Source of the DNA: Pseudomonadales bacterium
GTDB lineage: Bacteria; Pseudomonadota; Gammaproteobacteria; Pseudomonadales; UBA7239
Direction of reading: 5' to 3'
Assembly (NCBI GenBank): GCA_041395665.1
Contig: JAWLAB010000003.1
Coordinates: 98,961-162,960, forward strand
Length of the DNA: 64,000 nt
The position numbers and the translations under genes are program-made. A model generated the notes under the pieces. It did not search any database and was not told the DNA's origin. It saw only the letters and a program-made list of their open reading frames with translations. Below, piece after piece: positions 32,511 to 41,436 of the stretch. Within the stretch, counting starts at the first letter, position 1. Each line of letters starts with the position of its first letter.

Positions 32511-34226
32511 TTAGTGAATAGAGCGTTGAAAGGGTTCAATAGAACCTTCAACGATGTGTGCATCAAATTGTTGCAACAGCGCCATGACATTAGGATCGTT
32601 GCGAAAACTTTCTTCTGCCTCTTGTTGCAGTTGTGCTTTTTTCTGCTGCTGCAAACGATGCGGTGTCATATTTGCCGTAGTGCCGGTTGTGATGATGGCT
32701 TCACACGCACTGCCGAGAAACACCCCTAGAGCTTCAGATAAACGCGTGGCATGAGAAGCGTCAAATAAATTGGCTTGTGCGCTGTCCAGTGTGAAGTAAT
32801 AACGCGAGCCTTCGGTGCGATCTAAACAGCAGTGAGCAGCAGTATTGCGCACAATGCCCGCCAGAGGCAGCCTTTGCCACAACGAAGGCCAATCTTGCGT
32901 GTTTAGTGTTGCTGCATGATTTTGCGCAGTAACAGCGGGTTGTGGTGCAGTTGTTGAGGTCGGTGTAGAGGGTGTGAGTGTTAGCGGTGTGGGTTGTTGT
33001 GCAGCGCGAATAGCGGCGCTGCTGTTTACTGCGCTCGCGTTTACTGCATTTGTGTTTGCTGTATTGGTGTTTACTGGATTTGCGTTGGTGTTGGCGTTGG
33101 ACTTGGGTTCAGTTTTTTTTTTCTCGTTGCTCGTTGCTGAGCCTTGTGGGCGAAACGCCAACATACGCAGCAACGCCATCTCAAAACCGGAACGCATATC
33201 TGGCGCTAACGACAAATCGCGCTGACCGTTCAAACCAATTTGGTAATACAGCTGCACATCTTCTGCTGTCATGCTGTTGGTCAACTGCTGCAAACGCTCG
33301 CGCTCATCCGGATATTGATCCAAAACGGAAGGCGCGGCTTGCACAACAGCAATACGATGTAGCAGTGACAACAATTCATCCAGCGCGCCGCTGTAGTCAG
33401 GGTTTTGTTCAGCAAGTTGCGCAATGGCAGCTAATAACGCAGGCGCATCGTTAGCGATCAGTGCATCCAACATCGGATGAATCAAACGGCGATCCATCGT
33501 GCCCAGCATGTCGCGCACGCCGAGTTCAGCAATTTTTTCGCCACCAAATGCGATTGCTTGATCGGTGAGGGAGAGTGCATCGCGCATAGAGCCGTCAGCT
33601 GCTCGTGCTAACAACCATAAAGCAGGGTCTTCGTGCGGAATCATTTCTTTGTCGAGAATATTTTTTAAGTGCTCGACAATTTTTTCTGGCAATAAATTTT
33701 TCAGATTGAATTGCAAACAGCGAGAAAGAACCGTCACAGGTAGTTTGTGTGGATCAGTTGTCGCGAGCAAAAACTTTACATGTGCAGGCGGTTCTTCCAA
33801 TGTTTTTAACAGTGCATTAAAACTGCTGGTGGAGAGCATGTGCACTTCGTCGATCAAATACACTTTGAAACGACCGCGTGCAGGGAGGTATTGCACATTG
33901 TCGAGAATCTCACGCGTGTCTTCGACTTTGGTGCGCGAAGCGGCGTCAATTTCAATCAAATCAACAAAGCGGCCTTCAGTAATTTCGCGGCAGGCGGCGC
34001 ATTGACCGCAAGGTTGTGAGCTGATGCCCGTTTCACAGTTGAGGCATTTGGCGAGTATGCGCGCGATGGTGGTTTTGCCCACACCGCGTGTGCCTGTAAA
34101 CAAATAAGCGTGGTGCAGACGGTTGTGATCCAACGCATTGATCAGTGCTTGCAGCACATGCGTTTGACCAGCCATGTCTTTGAAATGTTGCGGTCGCCAT
34201 TTGCGGGCGAGAACTTGGTAGCTCAT
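32511..34226 (-). CDS. dnaX: DNA polymerase III subunits tau/gamma
   Basis: MSYQVLARKWRPQ..., Walker A GTRGVGKTT, zinc module CGQCAACREI, SRC motif. 571 aa with a low-complexity N/T/A-rich linker. Confidence 0.95.
   Translation of the reverse strand: MSYQVLARKWRPQHFKDMAGQTHVLQALINALDHNRLHHAYLFTGTRGVGKTTIARILAKCLNCETGISSQPCGQCAACREITEGRFVDLIEIDAASRTKVEDTREILDNVQYLPARGRFKVYLIDEVHMLSTSSFNALLKTLEEPPAHVKFLLATTDPHKLPVTVLSRCLQFNLKNLLPEKIVEHLKNILDKEMIPHEDPALWLLARAADGSMRDALSLTDQAIAFGGEKIAELGVRDMLGTMDRRLIHPMLDALIANDAPALLAAIAQLAEQNPDYSGALDELLSLLHRIAVVQAAPSVLDQYPDERERLQQLTNSMTAEDVQLYYQIGLNGQRDLSLAPDMRSGFEMALLRMLAFRPQGSATSNEKKKTEPKSNANTNANPVNTNTANTNAVNASAVNSSAAIRAAQQPTPLTLTPSTPTSTTAPQPAVTAQNHAATLNTQDWPSLWQRLPLAGIVRNTAAHCCLDRTEGSRYYFTLDSAQANLFDASHATRLSEALGVFLGSACEAIITTGTTANMTPHRLQQQKKAQLQQEAEESFRNDPNVMALLQQFDAHIVEGSIEPFQRSIH
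33113..33122 (-). promoter_or_regulatory. candidate dnaX -1 frameshift (or slippage) site producing gamma
   Basis: Minus-strand GAG AAA AAA AAA ACT GAA. This is a 10-A run at codons 369-371. The -1 frame reads AAC TGA immediately afterwards. Confidence 0.5.
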
Positions 34227-34271
34227 GACCAATCAGTGCGTAAAGAAAGGGATGGCTAGTATAAGGGAAGA

Positions 34272-34384
<113 letters not shown>

Positions 34385-34398
34385 ATGAAAGCGGGCGC

Positions 34399-34427
34399 AT
34401 TATGCGGGTGAGGGCAGAGTGATGCAA
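34399..34427 (-). promoter_or_regulatory. candidate sigma70 promoter for ffs
   Basis: Minus strand TTGCAT, a 17-nt spacer, then CATAAT, ending about 14 nt before the predicted mature 5' end. A short processed leader is plausible. Confidence 0.45.
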
Positions 34428-34450
34428 GGCGATGGTTCGCCAATTCACGC

Positions 34451-34479
34451 TTGCAAATCCTGCAAACCGCTCCATAATC
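34451..34479 (+). promoter_or_regulatory. candidate sigma70 promoter for speE operon
   Basis: TTGCAA (34451-34456), a 16/17-nt spacer, then CATAAT/ATAATC (34473-34479), about 95 nt upstream of the speE ATG. Confidence 0.3.
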
Positions 34480-34573
34480 GCGCGCTTCCTTGTACCATAA
34501 ACCTGTATGCCGGCTTGCTCGATAGGCTGGCGGTCATTCTTTTACCCACCACACTGCGGAGAGAAGCAAAGCC

Positions 34574-35437
34574 ATGACTAAGACCTGGAATGAAACACTG
34601 TACGATGCTTGGGGACAACGCCACGACATTGACAAGGTTTATTTCGAGTTTGATACGGGACACCAGCAGTTGATGATTTTTCACAACGCGCTGTTTGGTC
34701 GCGTGATGGTGTTGGACGGCGTGGTGCAAACCACCGAAAAAGACGAATTTATCTATCACGAAATGTTGACGCATGTGCCGATTCTTGCGCACGGTAAGGC
34801 AAAACGCGTGCTGATTATCGGCGGTGGCGATGGCGGTATTTTGCGTGAAGTGTGTCGTCACAGCAGCATCGAACATGTGACGCAAGTAGAAATTGATAAA
34901 GCCGTTATTGATATGGCGATCGAATATCTGCCGAACCATTCCGCAGGTGCGTATGACGACCCGCGCGCCAATATCGTGATTGATGATGGCTGCCGTTTTG
35001 TGGCGAATTGCCAAGAAAAATTTGACATCATTATTTCCGATTCCACCGACCCTATCGGTCCTGGCGAAGTGTTGTTTACCAGCCAGTTCTACAGTGATTG
35101 CAAACGCTGCTTGAACGATGGCGGCATCATGGTTACGCAAAACGGCGTGGTCTTTATGCAGCTGGACGAAGTGAAAACCACGGCGCAACGCATGGCACTA
35201 ACTTTTGGTGATGTGCATTTCTACACCGCTGCAGTGCCTACTTATGTGGGCGGCGTGATGACTTTTGCGTGGTCTAGCGACGATAAATCGCTGCGTCATG
35301 TGGATGCCAATACGATTCGCGAGCGCTTCAAAGCGTCTGGTATTAAAACGCGTTATTACAATCCAGACATTCATGTTGCTTCGTTTGCACTGCCGCAGTA
35401 TGTGTTAGAAGCGGTTGGCAAAACTGATAACGGTTGA
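34574..35437 (+). CDS. speE: polyamine aminopropyltransferase (spermidine synthase)
   Basis: 287 aa: [33 protein letters not shown]...[15 protein letters not shown]...[14 protein letters not shown]. Confidence 0.9.
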   Translation: MTKTWNETLYDAWGQRHDIDKVYFEFDTGHQQLMIFHNALFGRVMVLDGVVQTTEKDEFIYHEMLTHVPILAHGKAKRVLIIGGGDGGILREVCRHSSIEHVTQVEIDKAVIDMAIEYLPNHSAGAYDDPRANIVIDDGCRFVANCQEKFDIIISDSTDPIGPGEVLFTSQFYSDCKRCLNDGGIMVTQNGVVFMQLDEVKTTAQRMALTFGDVHFYTAAVPTYVGGVMTFAWSSDDKSLRHVDANTIRERFKASGIKTRYYNPDIHVASFALPQYVLEAVGKTDNG

Positions 35438-35446
35438 TGTGCGGCA

Positions 35447-36577
35447 ATGGCCAACTTGTTTTCGGATATTTTGTTCGATGAAACCAAGATGCGCGTTATG
35501 GTCGAGCAGTACGGTTCGCCGTTGCTGTTGCTCGACTGCGCGAAGTTGGCCGACCAATATCAGCAATTAAAAGCTGCGCTGCCGAATGTTGGTTTGTTCT
35601 ATGCGGTGAAGGCGTTTCCGCACGCGGCGATAGTCAATACGCTGAATCAATTGGGTGCGGGTTTTGATATTGCTTCAACGGGTGAAATCAATTTACTGCG
35701 CAAGCAAAAAGTGAATCCGCGCAACACGATTCACACGCATCCCATTAAAAAAGATAAAGATATTCGCGATGCGCTGCGTTTCGGTTGCAGTACTTTTGTG
35801 GTCGATAATCTCGTTGAAATTGCTAAGTTTCGCCAGTACGCGCATCGTGTAGGTTTGTTGCTGCGTGTGGCATTTCGCAGCCCTGATTGTGCCGTCGATT
35901 TGTCGAAAAAATTTGGCTGTTCACCCGAAGAAGTGCCAGCCATGTTGAAAGAAGCGAAAGCTTTGGGCTTGCATGTCAAAGGTTTGTCGTTTCATGTTGG
36001 CTCGCAATCGACATCGCCCAGCACGCATGTAGCGGCGATTGAAGCTTGCACAAAATTAATCAGCGAATACGAAGTGCCGATTCGTATTTTGGATATTGGC
36101 GGTGGTTTTCCTGTCGATTACGACAATGGTGGTGATATCGATATTGCTGCCTTTTGTGCGCCAATTCGTGAAGCACTGAAAAAATTGCCTGAGCATGTGG
36201 AAGTGATTGCAGAGCCTGGTCGCTATTTAATTGCACCTGCGGCAGCCGCAGTAACAACGGTGGTGGGAAAAGCACTGCGCGGTGATCAGCCTTGGTATTA
36301 CTTAGATGATGGCGTATACGGTATGTTCAGTGGTCGTATTTATGATCATGCGCGTTATCCGCTGCATGTTTTTCGTTCGGGGAAAACAATGCCGTCTGCC
36401 GTGGTTGGACCGACTTGCGACAGCATCGATGTCATCGAAGAAGCACTGGAATTGCCAGAGTTAGCGGTGGGAGATTTGTTGATAGGTCGCATGATGGGTG
36501 CTTACACAGCAGCTACTGCTTCCACTTTTAATTCGTTGCCTGTGCCGCGTATTGTTGTACTGAACGAACCGAACTAA
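35447..36577 (+). CDS. fold-type III PLP-dependent decarboxylase (ornithine/lysine decarboxylase-like)
   Basis: 376 aa: SPLLLLD...FYAVKAF (PLP Lys)...GFDIAS.GE...HVGSQ...DIGGGFPV...EPGRY...GPTCDS. These are eukaryotic-type ODC/DapDC family blocks. Confidence 0.8.
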   Translation: MANLFSDILFDETKMRVMVEQYGSPLLLLDCAKLADQYQQLKAALPNVGLFYAVKAFPHAAIVNTLNQLGAGFDIASTGEINLLRKQKVNPRNTIHTHPIKKDKDIRDALRFGCSTFVVDNLVEIAKFRQYAHRVGLLLRVAFRSPDCAVDLSKKFGCSPEEVPAMLKEAKALGLHVKGLSFHVGSQSTSPSTHVAAIEACTKLISEYEVPIRILDIGGGFPVDYDNGGDIDIAAFCAPIREALKKLPEHVEVIAEPGRYLIAPAAAAVTTVVGKALRGDQPWYYLDDGVYGMFSGRIYDHARYPLHVFRSGKTMPSAVVGPTCDSIDVIEEALELPELAVGDLLIGRMMGAYTAATASTFNSLPVPRIVVLNEPN

Positions 36578-36605
36578 CTTTATCTTTCGTAGTAAAAATT
36601 ACGCA

Positions 36606-36637
36606 ATAAAAAAGCCGCATTCACTGCGGCTTTTTTG
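36606..36637. terminator. bidirectional rho-independent terminator
   Basis: AATAAAAAAGCCGCAttcacTGCGGCTTTTTTGG: a 7-bp GC-rich stem with a 5-nt loop. An A-run lies on one side and a T-run on the other, between convergent genes. Confidence 0.7.
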
Positions 36638-36658
36638 GTGGCACTAACTTCTCATTAT

Positions 36659-37426
36659 TTAATGAGCAGGCGTGTCATGATCCGTATTGGCATAAGATTC
36701 ACGCAGATCAACTGGCTTGTGCGCTTTTGCACGCAGGCGAATATTCAGTGCTTCGACAAGAATCGAGAATGCCATGGCAAAGTAGATATAACCTTTGGGT
36801 ACATGGTGACCTGTACCGTCAGCTACTAATACAACACCGACGACGAGCAAGAAACCCAGTGCGAGCATTTTGATGGTAGGGTGATCTTCAATAAATCTGC
36901 CAATAAAACCAGCAAAAGCAATCATCAAACCCACAGAGGCAACCACGGCAGATACCATAACTGGAATTTGGTTACTCATGCCAACGGCGGTGATGATGGA
37001 ATCCAGCGAGAAAACCAAATCGATAATAATGATTTGCGTGATGATGGCAAAAAAATTGGCGCGTACAGCGTGCGTTGCGTGGCCTTCAACACCTTCCAGC
37101 AACTGATGGACTTCTTGTGTGCTTTTCCAGATAAGGAATAAACCACCAGCAATCAGAATGATGTCGCGACCTGAAACACCATGCTCCATAACGGTAAATA
37201 GAGGTGTTGTCATATTGGCAATCCACGCCAGCGTCATCAGCAGTGCGATACGCATGAACATCGCCAAAAACAGACCAAGACGACGAGCAAATTCTCTTTT
37301 TTCTTTCGGCAGTTTTTCTACCAAAATAGAAATGAAAATAATGTTGTCGATACCGAGTACCAGTTCGAGGGTGGTTAGCGTGATAAACGCCATCCAAGCT
37401 TGCGGGTCGGTGAGAAGTTCCATCAT
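36659..37426 (-). CDS. TerC family integral membrane protein
   Basis: 255 aa, polytopic: LELVLGIDNIIFISILV and LVFSLDSIITAVGM, the repeated TerC motifs. Confidence 0.85.
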   Translation of the reverse strand: MMELLTDPQAWMAFITLTTLELVLGIDNIIFISILVEKLPKEKREFARRLGLFLAMFMRIALLMTLAWIANMTTPLFTVMEHGVSGRDIILIAGGLFLIWKSTQEVHQLLEGVEGHATHAVRANFFAIITQIIIIDLVFSLDSIITAVGMSNQIPVMVSAVVASVGLMIAFAGFIGRFIEDHPTIKMLALGFLLVVGVVLVADGTGHHVPKGYIYFAMAFSILVEALNIRLRAKAHKPVDLRESYANTDHDTPAH

Positions 37427-37483
37427 AGGCGTGGTCTCGTGTTGCTCGTTGTATGGTTGTTCGTTGGCGGTTGTTTGGGTGAA

Positions 37484-38680
37484 TTACTTTTGGTTATCCA
37501 TAGCCTGATAGTATTCCATCAAGATTTTGGCAACTTCTGGGCGTGAAAACTCAGGAGGCGGTGCAATACCTTGGCCAAGCATTTGGCGCACTTTAGTGCC
37601 GGAGAGCACAATGAAATCTTCTTCGGTGTGACCTTCTGCTTCGCGCATCATCACCACACGATTCAATTTTTTAGAGAACGCAGTGTTGTCCGCGCCAAAG
37701 ATTTGGATTTGTAATGCACCAGCAGGTACTTTTTCTTCAAAAATAATTTGCGAATCAAAAGGTCCGTAATAGCTGCCAACACCGGCGTGATCGCGACCGA
37801 CGATTAGATAACTAGCGCCCATGTTTTGACGGAAGATCGCGTGCAATACCGCTTCACGAGGACCTGCATACATCATGTCAAAACCGTAGCCGGCAATCAT
37901 CACGGTATTGGGTGGAAAATATTCGTCAACCATTTTGCGGATGCAGGCATCACGCACGCTGGCAGGAATATCGCCCGCTTTTAATTTGCCGAGCAGCATG
38001 TGAATGACGATGCCATCGGCTTGCAATCTTTCTTGCGCCATGCGGCACAGTTCTTCGTGCGCACGGTGCATCGGGTTGCGTGTTTGAAACGCCACCACTT
38101 TTTTCCAACCGCGCTTGGAAATTTCTTCACGGATTTCCGTAGCAGTGCGGAAAGTATCAGGAAAATCGTGTGGAAAATAACTGTAGTTCAATACTTGGAT
38201 AGAACCAGAAACCAAGAAACGACCTGAATTGAGGAATGTGGTAACGCCTGGGTGTTTGTCATCCAGTGTGCTAAAAATATGTTGCGCCATGAACTGCATT
38301 TGTTCATCACTCGCTTCTTCAATAGCAGCAACATCCATCACTGCAATCACAGGATTGCCTTCCACATTCGGATCGCGCAAAGCGATGCGTTTTGCGTTTT
38401 TAATCGCAGACACATCTTTCAAAATATTCACAATTGGAATCGGCCAAAACAAGCCGCTGGTGGTGTGCAGTTTTTCTGCCACCGAAAGACTGTCTGCCAG
38501 ATTCATATAGCCAGTGAGCGGTGTGAAATAACCTGCGCCCATCATCACTGCATTGCCTGCTGCAGCAGAGCTAATTAACACAGACGGCAGTTGCTCTGCT
38601 TCTGCAGTTAACTTGGCGCGTTCGTTGGCATCGGCAACATAGCGAGGTTGGAGTGCATCGGCACCGTGTGGCTTGATCAT
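37484..38680 (-). CDS. sat: sulfate adenylyltransferase (Sat-type ATP sulfurylase)
   Basis: 398 aa: FQTRNPMHRAHEEL, GRDHAGVG and PPEFSRPEV motifs. Confidence 0.9.
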   Translation of the reverse strand: MIKPHGADALQPRYVADANERAKLTAEAEQLPSVLISSAAAGNAVMMGAGYFTPLTGYMNLADSLSVAEKLHTTSGLFWPIPIVNILKDVSAIKNAKRIALRDPNVEGNPVIAVMDVAAIEEASDEQMQFMAQHIFSTLDDKHPGVTTFLNSGRFLVSGSIQVLNYSYFPHDFPDTFRTATEIREEISKRGWKKVVAFQTRNPMHRAHEELCRMAQERLQADGIVIHMLLGKLKAGDIPASVRDACIRKMVDEYFPPNTVMIAGYGFDMMYAGPREAVLHAIFRQNMGASYLIVGRDHAGVGSYYGPFDSQIIFEEKVPAGALQIQIFGADNTAFSKKLNRVVMMREAEGHTEEDFIVLSGTKVRQMLGQGIAPPPEFSRPEVAKILMEYYQAMDNQK

Positions 38681-38780
38681 GATGAATCCTCCTGTGTGGA
38701 AAGAGCAGGCGAGTGCGAGTTTTCGCGGTGCGACATTATAGCTACAATCGCCGCGCCGGTCAGAGCTCGTAAGGTGTTAT

Positions 38781-39920
38781 GTGACGAAGCGAATGCGAGA
38801 GATTTTGATAAAAGATATTGCTGTGCCAACACTGTGCGGTTTGGTGGTGGCATTGCTTTATCTGCAGCACCAAAAAATTCAGACGCTAGAAACATCTGTC
38901 ACCAATATACAGGGCAGTGCGACACAATTCCGTAGTAATACTGTGGCTGTTGCTGGCTCGGCTTCTTACGCCGATGCAGCTGAAATTGCTATGCCTGCCG
39001 TGGTGAATATTTATACGCGCAAATATGTGCGGCGGCTTGCTGTGGAAGGTGATGCATTTGGTCAGCAGTACATCACACCTCAGGAGCGTGTTGAAGGCTC
39101 ACTCGGTTCGGGTGTGATTGTTAGCACAGACGGTTATGTGTTGACGAATCATCATGTCATCGCTGGTGCTTATCAGATTTTAGTAAGCTTGCATGATGGC
39201 CGTGATGCACAAGCTAAATTAGTCGGTGTTGATCAAGAAACGGATTTAGCTGTTTTGAAAATTCAATTACCGGATTTAACAGCGATTCGCTTTGGTGACG
39301 CACAACATATGCGTATCGGTGATGTGGTGCTGGCGATTGGCAATCCTTTAGGCGTAGGGCAAACCGTCACGCAGGGCATTATTTCTGCAGCTGCGCGTTA
39401 CGGTTTGGAATTGAATATCCAAGAAAATTATTTGCAAACGGATGCAGCTATCAATCAAGGAAACTCTGGTGGCGCTTTGGTCGATACAACAGGGAAATTG
39501 GTCGGCATCAATACCGCAATCCAAAGCCCAACGGGTGGCTCAGTCGGCATTGGTTACGCAATCCCCGCTGATACGGCACAAAAAGTGCTGAACGATATTA
39601 TTCAGTATGGCCATGTGATTCGCGGTTGGATCGGTGTGGAATCGCAGGCATTAAATGCATTTGCATCGCGCAGTTTGGGTTTGGAGCCAGGGCAGGGCAT
39701 GTTGGTGCGCAGTGTATTTCGCGACGGTCCTGGAGCGGCGGCTGGCTTACAGCCCGGCGACATCATCACGCATTTTGATGGCGTGCCTGCAACTACTACG
39801 CGCGCAGGCATGAAGCGCATCACCAACGCGCAGCCAGGTGAAAAAATTACGGTAAGTTTTTTGCGCTCAGGCCAGAAAGGCGAAGTATCACTGACTATCG
39901 GTATTCGCCCAGGTGGATAA
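38781..39920 (+). CDS. S1C serine endoprotease with one PDZ domain (DegS/AlgW-like)
   Basis: N-terminal TM anchor. Catalytic triad contexts TNHHVI, DLAVLK and GNSGGAL. Single C-terminal PDZ domain. Start is GTG 38781 or ATG 38793. Confidence 0.85.
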   Translation: MTKRMREILIKDIAVPTLCGLVVALLYLQHQKIQTLETSVTNIQGSATQFRSNTVAVAGSASYADAAEIAMPAVVNIYTRKYVRRLAVEGDAFGQQYITPQERVEGSLGSGVIVSTDGYVLTNHHVIAGAYQILVSLHDGRDAQAKLVGVDQETDLAVLKIQLPDLTAIRFGDAQHMRIGDVVLAIGNPLGVGQTVTQGIISAAARYGLELNIQENYLQTDAAINQGNSGGALVDTTGKLVGINTAIQSPTGGSVGIGYAIPADTAQKVLNDIIQYGHVIRGWIGVESQALNAFASRSLGLEPGQGMLVRSVFRDGPGAAAGLQPGDIITHFDGVPATTTRAGMKRITNAQPGEKITVSFLRSGQKGEVSLTIGIRPGG

Positions 39921-39924
39921 CTTT

Positions 39925-40434
39925 TTAAGATTTCAGCGCCAGTGGTAAGCCAGCGATGACCATCGTCACCGCATCGCATTGTTTGGCTAATTCTTGATGG
40001 AGTCGACCAGCTTCATCGACAAAACGCCGTGTAAGTGGATCCATCGGCACTATGCCCATGCCCACTTCGTTGCTCACCAAAAAAATATCACCTGCTAGTT
40101 GCGGTAGCGTGCTTAAAAAACTTGCTCGCTCGCGTATAAAAACTTCGTTGCCTGCCAGCAAAATATTGGTTAGCCACAGCGTTAAACAATCGACAAGTAT
40201 GCATGTGTCTTTTGCTGCGTGTTGTCGCAGTGTGGCAGCGAGTTGTAACGGCTCTTCAACCGTAAACCAGCGCGCATCCCGCGAAGTTTGGTGATGGTGA
40301 ATGCGTGCTTGCATTTCTCCATCTAAAGCTTCAGAGGTGGCGATGTAAACCAACTTTTTGTTAGTTGCCAGTCCAGTTGTTTCTGCAAAGTGACTTTTAC
40401 CAGAGCGCGCACCGCCGAGGATGAGGTGTTTCAT
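39925..40434 (-). CDS. cobU: adenosylcobinamide kinase / adenosylcobinamide-phosphate guanylyltransferase
   Basis: 169 aa: P-loop LILGGARSGKS, YIAT, H..R block, VSNEVG.GIVP. Confidence 0.9.
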   Translation of the reverse strand: MKHLILGGARSGKSHFAETTGLATNKKLVYIATSEALDGEMQARIHHHQTSRDARWFTVEEPLQLAATLRQHAAKDTCILVDCLTLWLTNILLAGNEVFIRERASFLSTLPQLAGDIFLVSNEVGMGIVPMDPLTRRFVDEAGRLHQELAKQCDAVTMVIAGLPLALKS

Positions 40435-40634
40435 GGCTTAGTTTCTTCTGAAGATGTATTTAGTTTTGTTTCAAGTTGTTTCATGATTTCTGTAGCCAAA
40501 ATTTGGTTGCCTTGTGCAGTCGTGTGAAGATCTGGAAAAAAATAAATATTTCCTTTGTCTTTCTCAGGCTGAAGATTCTTGAATGTTGCAATGGTATCGA
40601 TAAGGTGAGGTGAGGTGAGGTGAGGTAATGGCAT
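40431..40634 (-). CDS. SGNH hydrolase C-terminal fragment (block V), out of frame with the upstream part
   Basis: MPLPHLTSPHLIDT...FFPDLHTTAQGNQILA carries the DxxH catalytic block. Its stop overlaps the cobU start (ATGA). It begins inside the pentanucleotide tract. Confidence 0.5.
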   Translation of the reverse strand: MPLPHLTSPHLIDTIATFKNLQPEKDKGNIYFFPDLHTTAQGNQILATEIMKQLETKLNTSSEETKP

Positions 40635-41436
40635 TGATTGCCTGTGCGGTTCTTATAGTAACTTTATTGGCCTGCTTGTAGTAACCCTTATTGGCCGCAT
40701 AGGTTACTAGGAAAACTTTAATGTTATGGTTCTCGCCATATTGGATAAGTTTTTCCATGTTTTTCTGCATTTCTACTTCTACATCAAAATGCATGCTCTG
40801 TGGACGAAAGCTCATCGAGAAATCAAGTTTTATATTTTTGTAGTTGATAGTGGCGGGTTGTCCTTTGGCTGTTTCAGTTTGTTTAGGGTCAGATGTAGTA
40901 ATTGCCGCTAACGCATCGCCTTGGAAGGGTTCTCTTGAGAGCAGGCAGTAAAGTTTATAAATTCGAGAATACAGTTTGATCCGTTGTATTGGTTGAAAGG
41001 CATTTTGTTCGATAAGCCGTGACTCTGCACTTGCAATTGGTGTCGTCCAACTATCGTTTGTGCCTATCATCACAAGAACAATATCTGGTTGAAATTGTTT
41101 AATTGCCTCTTCGAAATTGGCAACAAGTCGAGAAGAATTGGTACCAGGATAGCCAAGGTTAATTACTTCAATGGCTTTATTTTTGTGGGTGGTGTTCCAA
41201 ATTGTCTCCAGTTGCTTCGGGTAGGAGTCTTCCTTATCAAGATAAAGCCCGTAAGTATTGGAATCCCCCATTGTGACAATGCGAAGGTTTTGTGTGAGCC
41301 AAGTATTGGCTATATTTTTGTGCAAAAAATGCTGATTTAAAGAACTTCCTGCCTGCAACACCAATTCAAGTAACAGAATTGTGGATAGCGGCAGGAATAA
41401 GAGCCAGTAAGCAGTTTTTTTAAAGCGGCGGAGCAT
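40564..41436 (-). CDS. membrane-anchored SGNH/GDSL hydrolase, N-terminal 290 codons (blocks I-III), ending prematurely after a pentanucleotide tract
   Basis: TM helix, then IVTMGDSNTYG (I), LGYPGTNS (II) and MIGTNDS (III). The frame ends ...AITSPHLTSPYRYHCNIQESSA* just past the repeat. Its start overlaps the ettA stop (TAATG). Confidence 0.7.
   Translation of the reverse strand: MLRRFKKTAYWLLFLPLSTILLLELVLQAGSSLNQHFLHKNIANTWLTQNLRIVTMGDSNTYGLYLDKEDSYPKQLETIWNTTHKNKAIEVINLGYPGTNSSRLVANFEEAIKQFQPDIVLVMIGTNDSWTTPIASAESRLIEQNAFQPIQRIKLYSRIYKLYCLLSREPFQGDALAAITTSDPKQTETAKGQPATINYKNIKLDFSMSFRPQSMHFDVEVEMQKNMEKLIQYGENHNIKVFLVTYAANKGYYKQANKVTIRTAQAINAITSPHLTSPYRYHCNIQESSA
40603..40626. repeat. pentanucleotide tandem repeat (AGGTG)4.8, CACCT on the coding strand
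   Basis: Direct reading gives aggtg aggtg aggtg aggtg aggt. It lies at the exact frame break of the SGNH gene. Confidence 0.9.

Noticed and set aside
34445-35188. Long antisense ORFs in the six-frame track, for example 247 aa opposite speE, 282 aa at 16102..16950 opposite fadB, and 213 aa at 10831..11472 opposite rarA.
   Set aside because: They lie fully inside strongly supported genes on the other strand. Their composition is biased and unprotein-like (rich in R, H, C and F) and they contain no recognisable motifs. This is typical of shadow ORFs.
37427-37520. Looked for a yybP-ykoY (Mn2+/Alx-type) riboswitch in the leader of the TerC-family gene.
   Set aside because: The gap to sat is only 57 nt. 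The leader is a C/A-rich unstructured-looking stretch (caaacaaccgccaacgaacaaccatacaacgagcaacacgag). It lacks the conserved GGAGAGUAG/GGGGAGUAGC-type elements I would expect.
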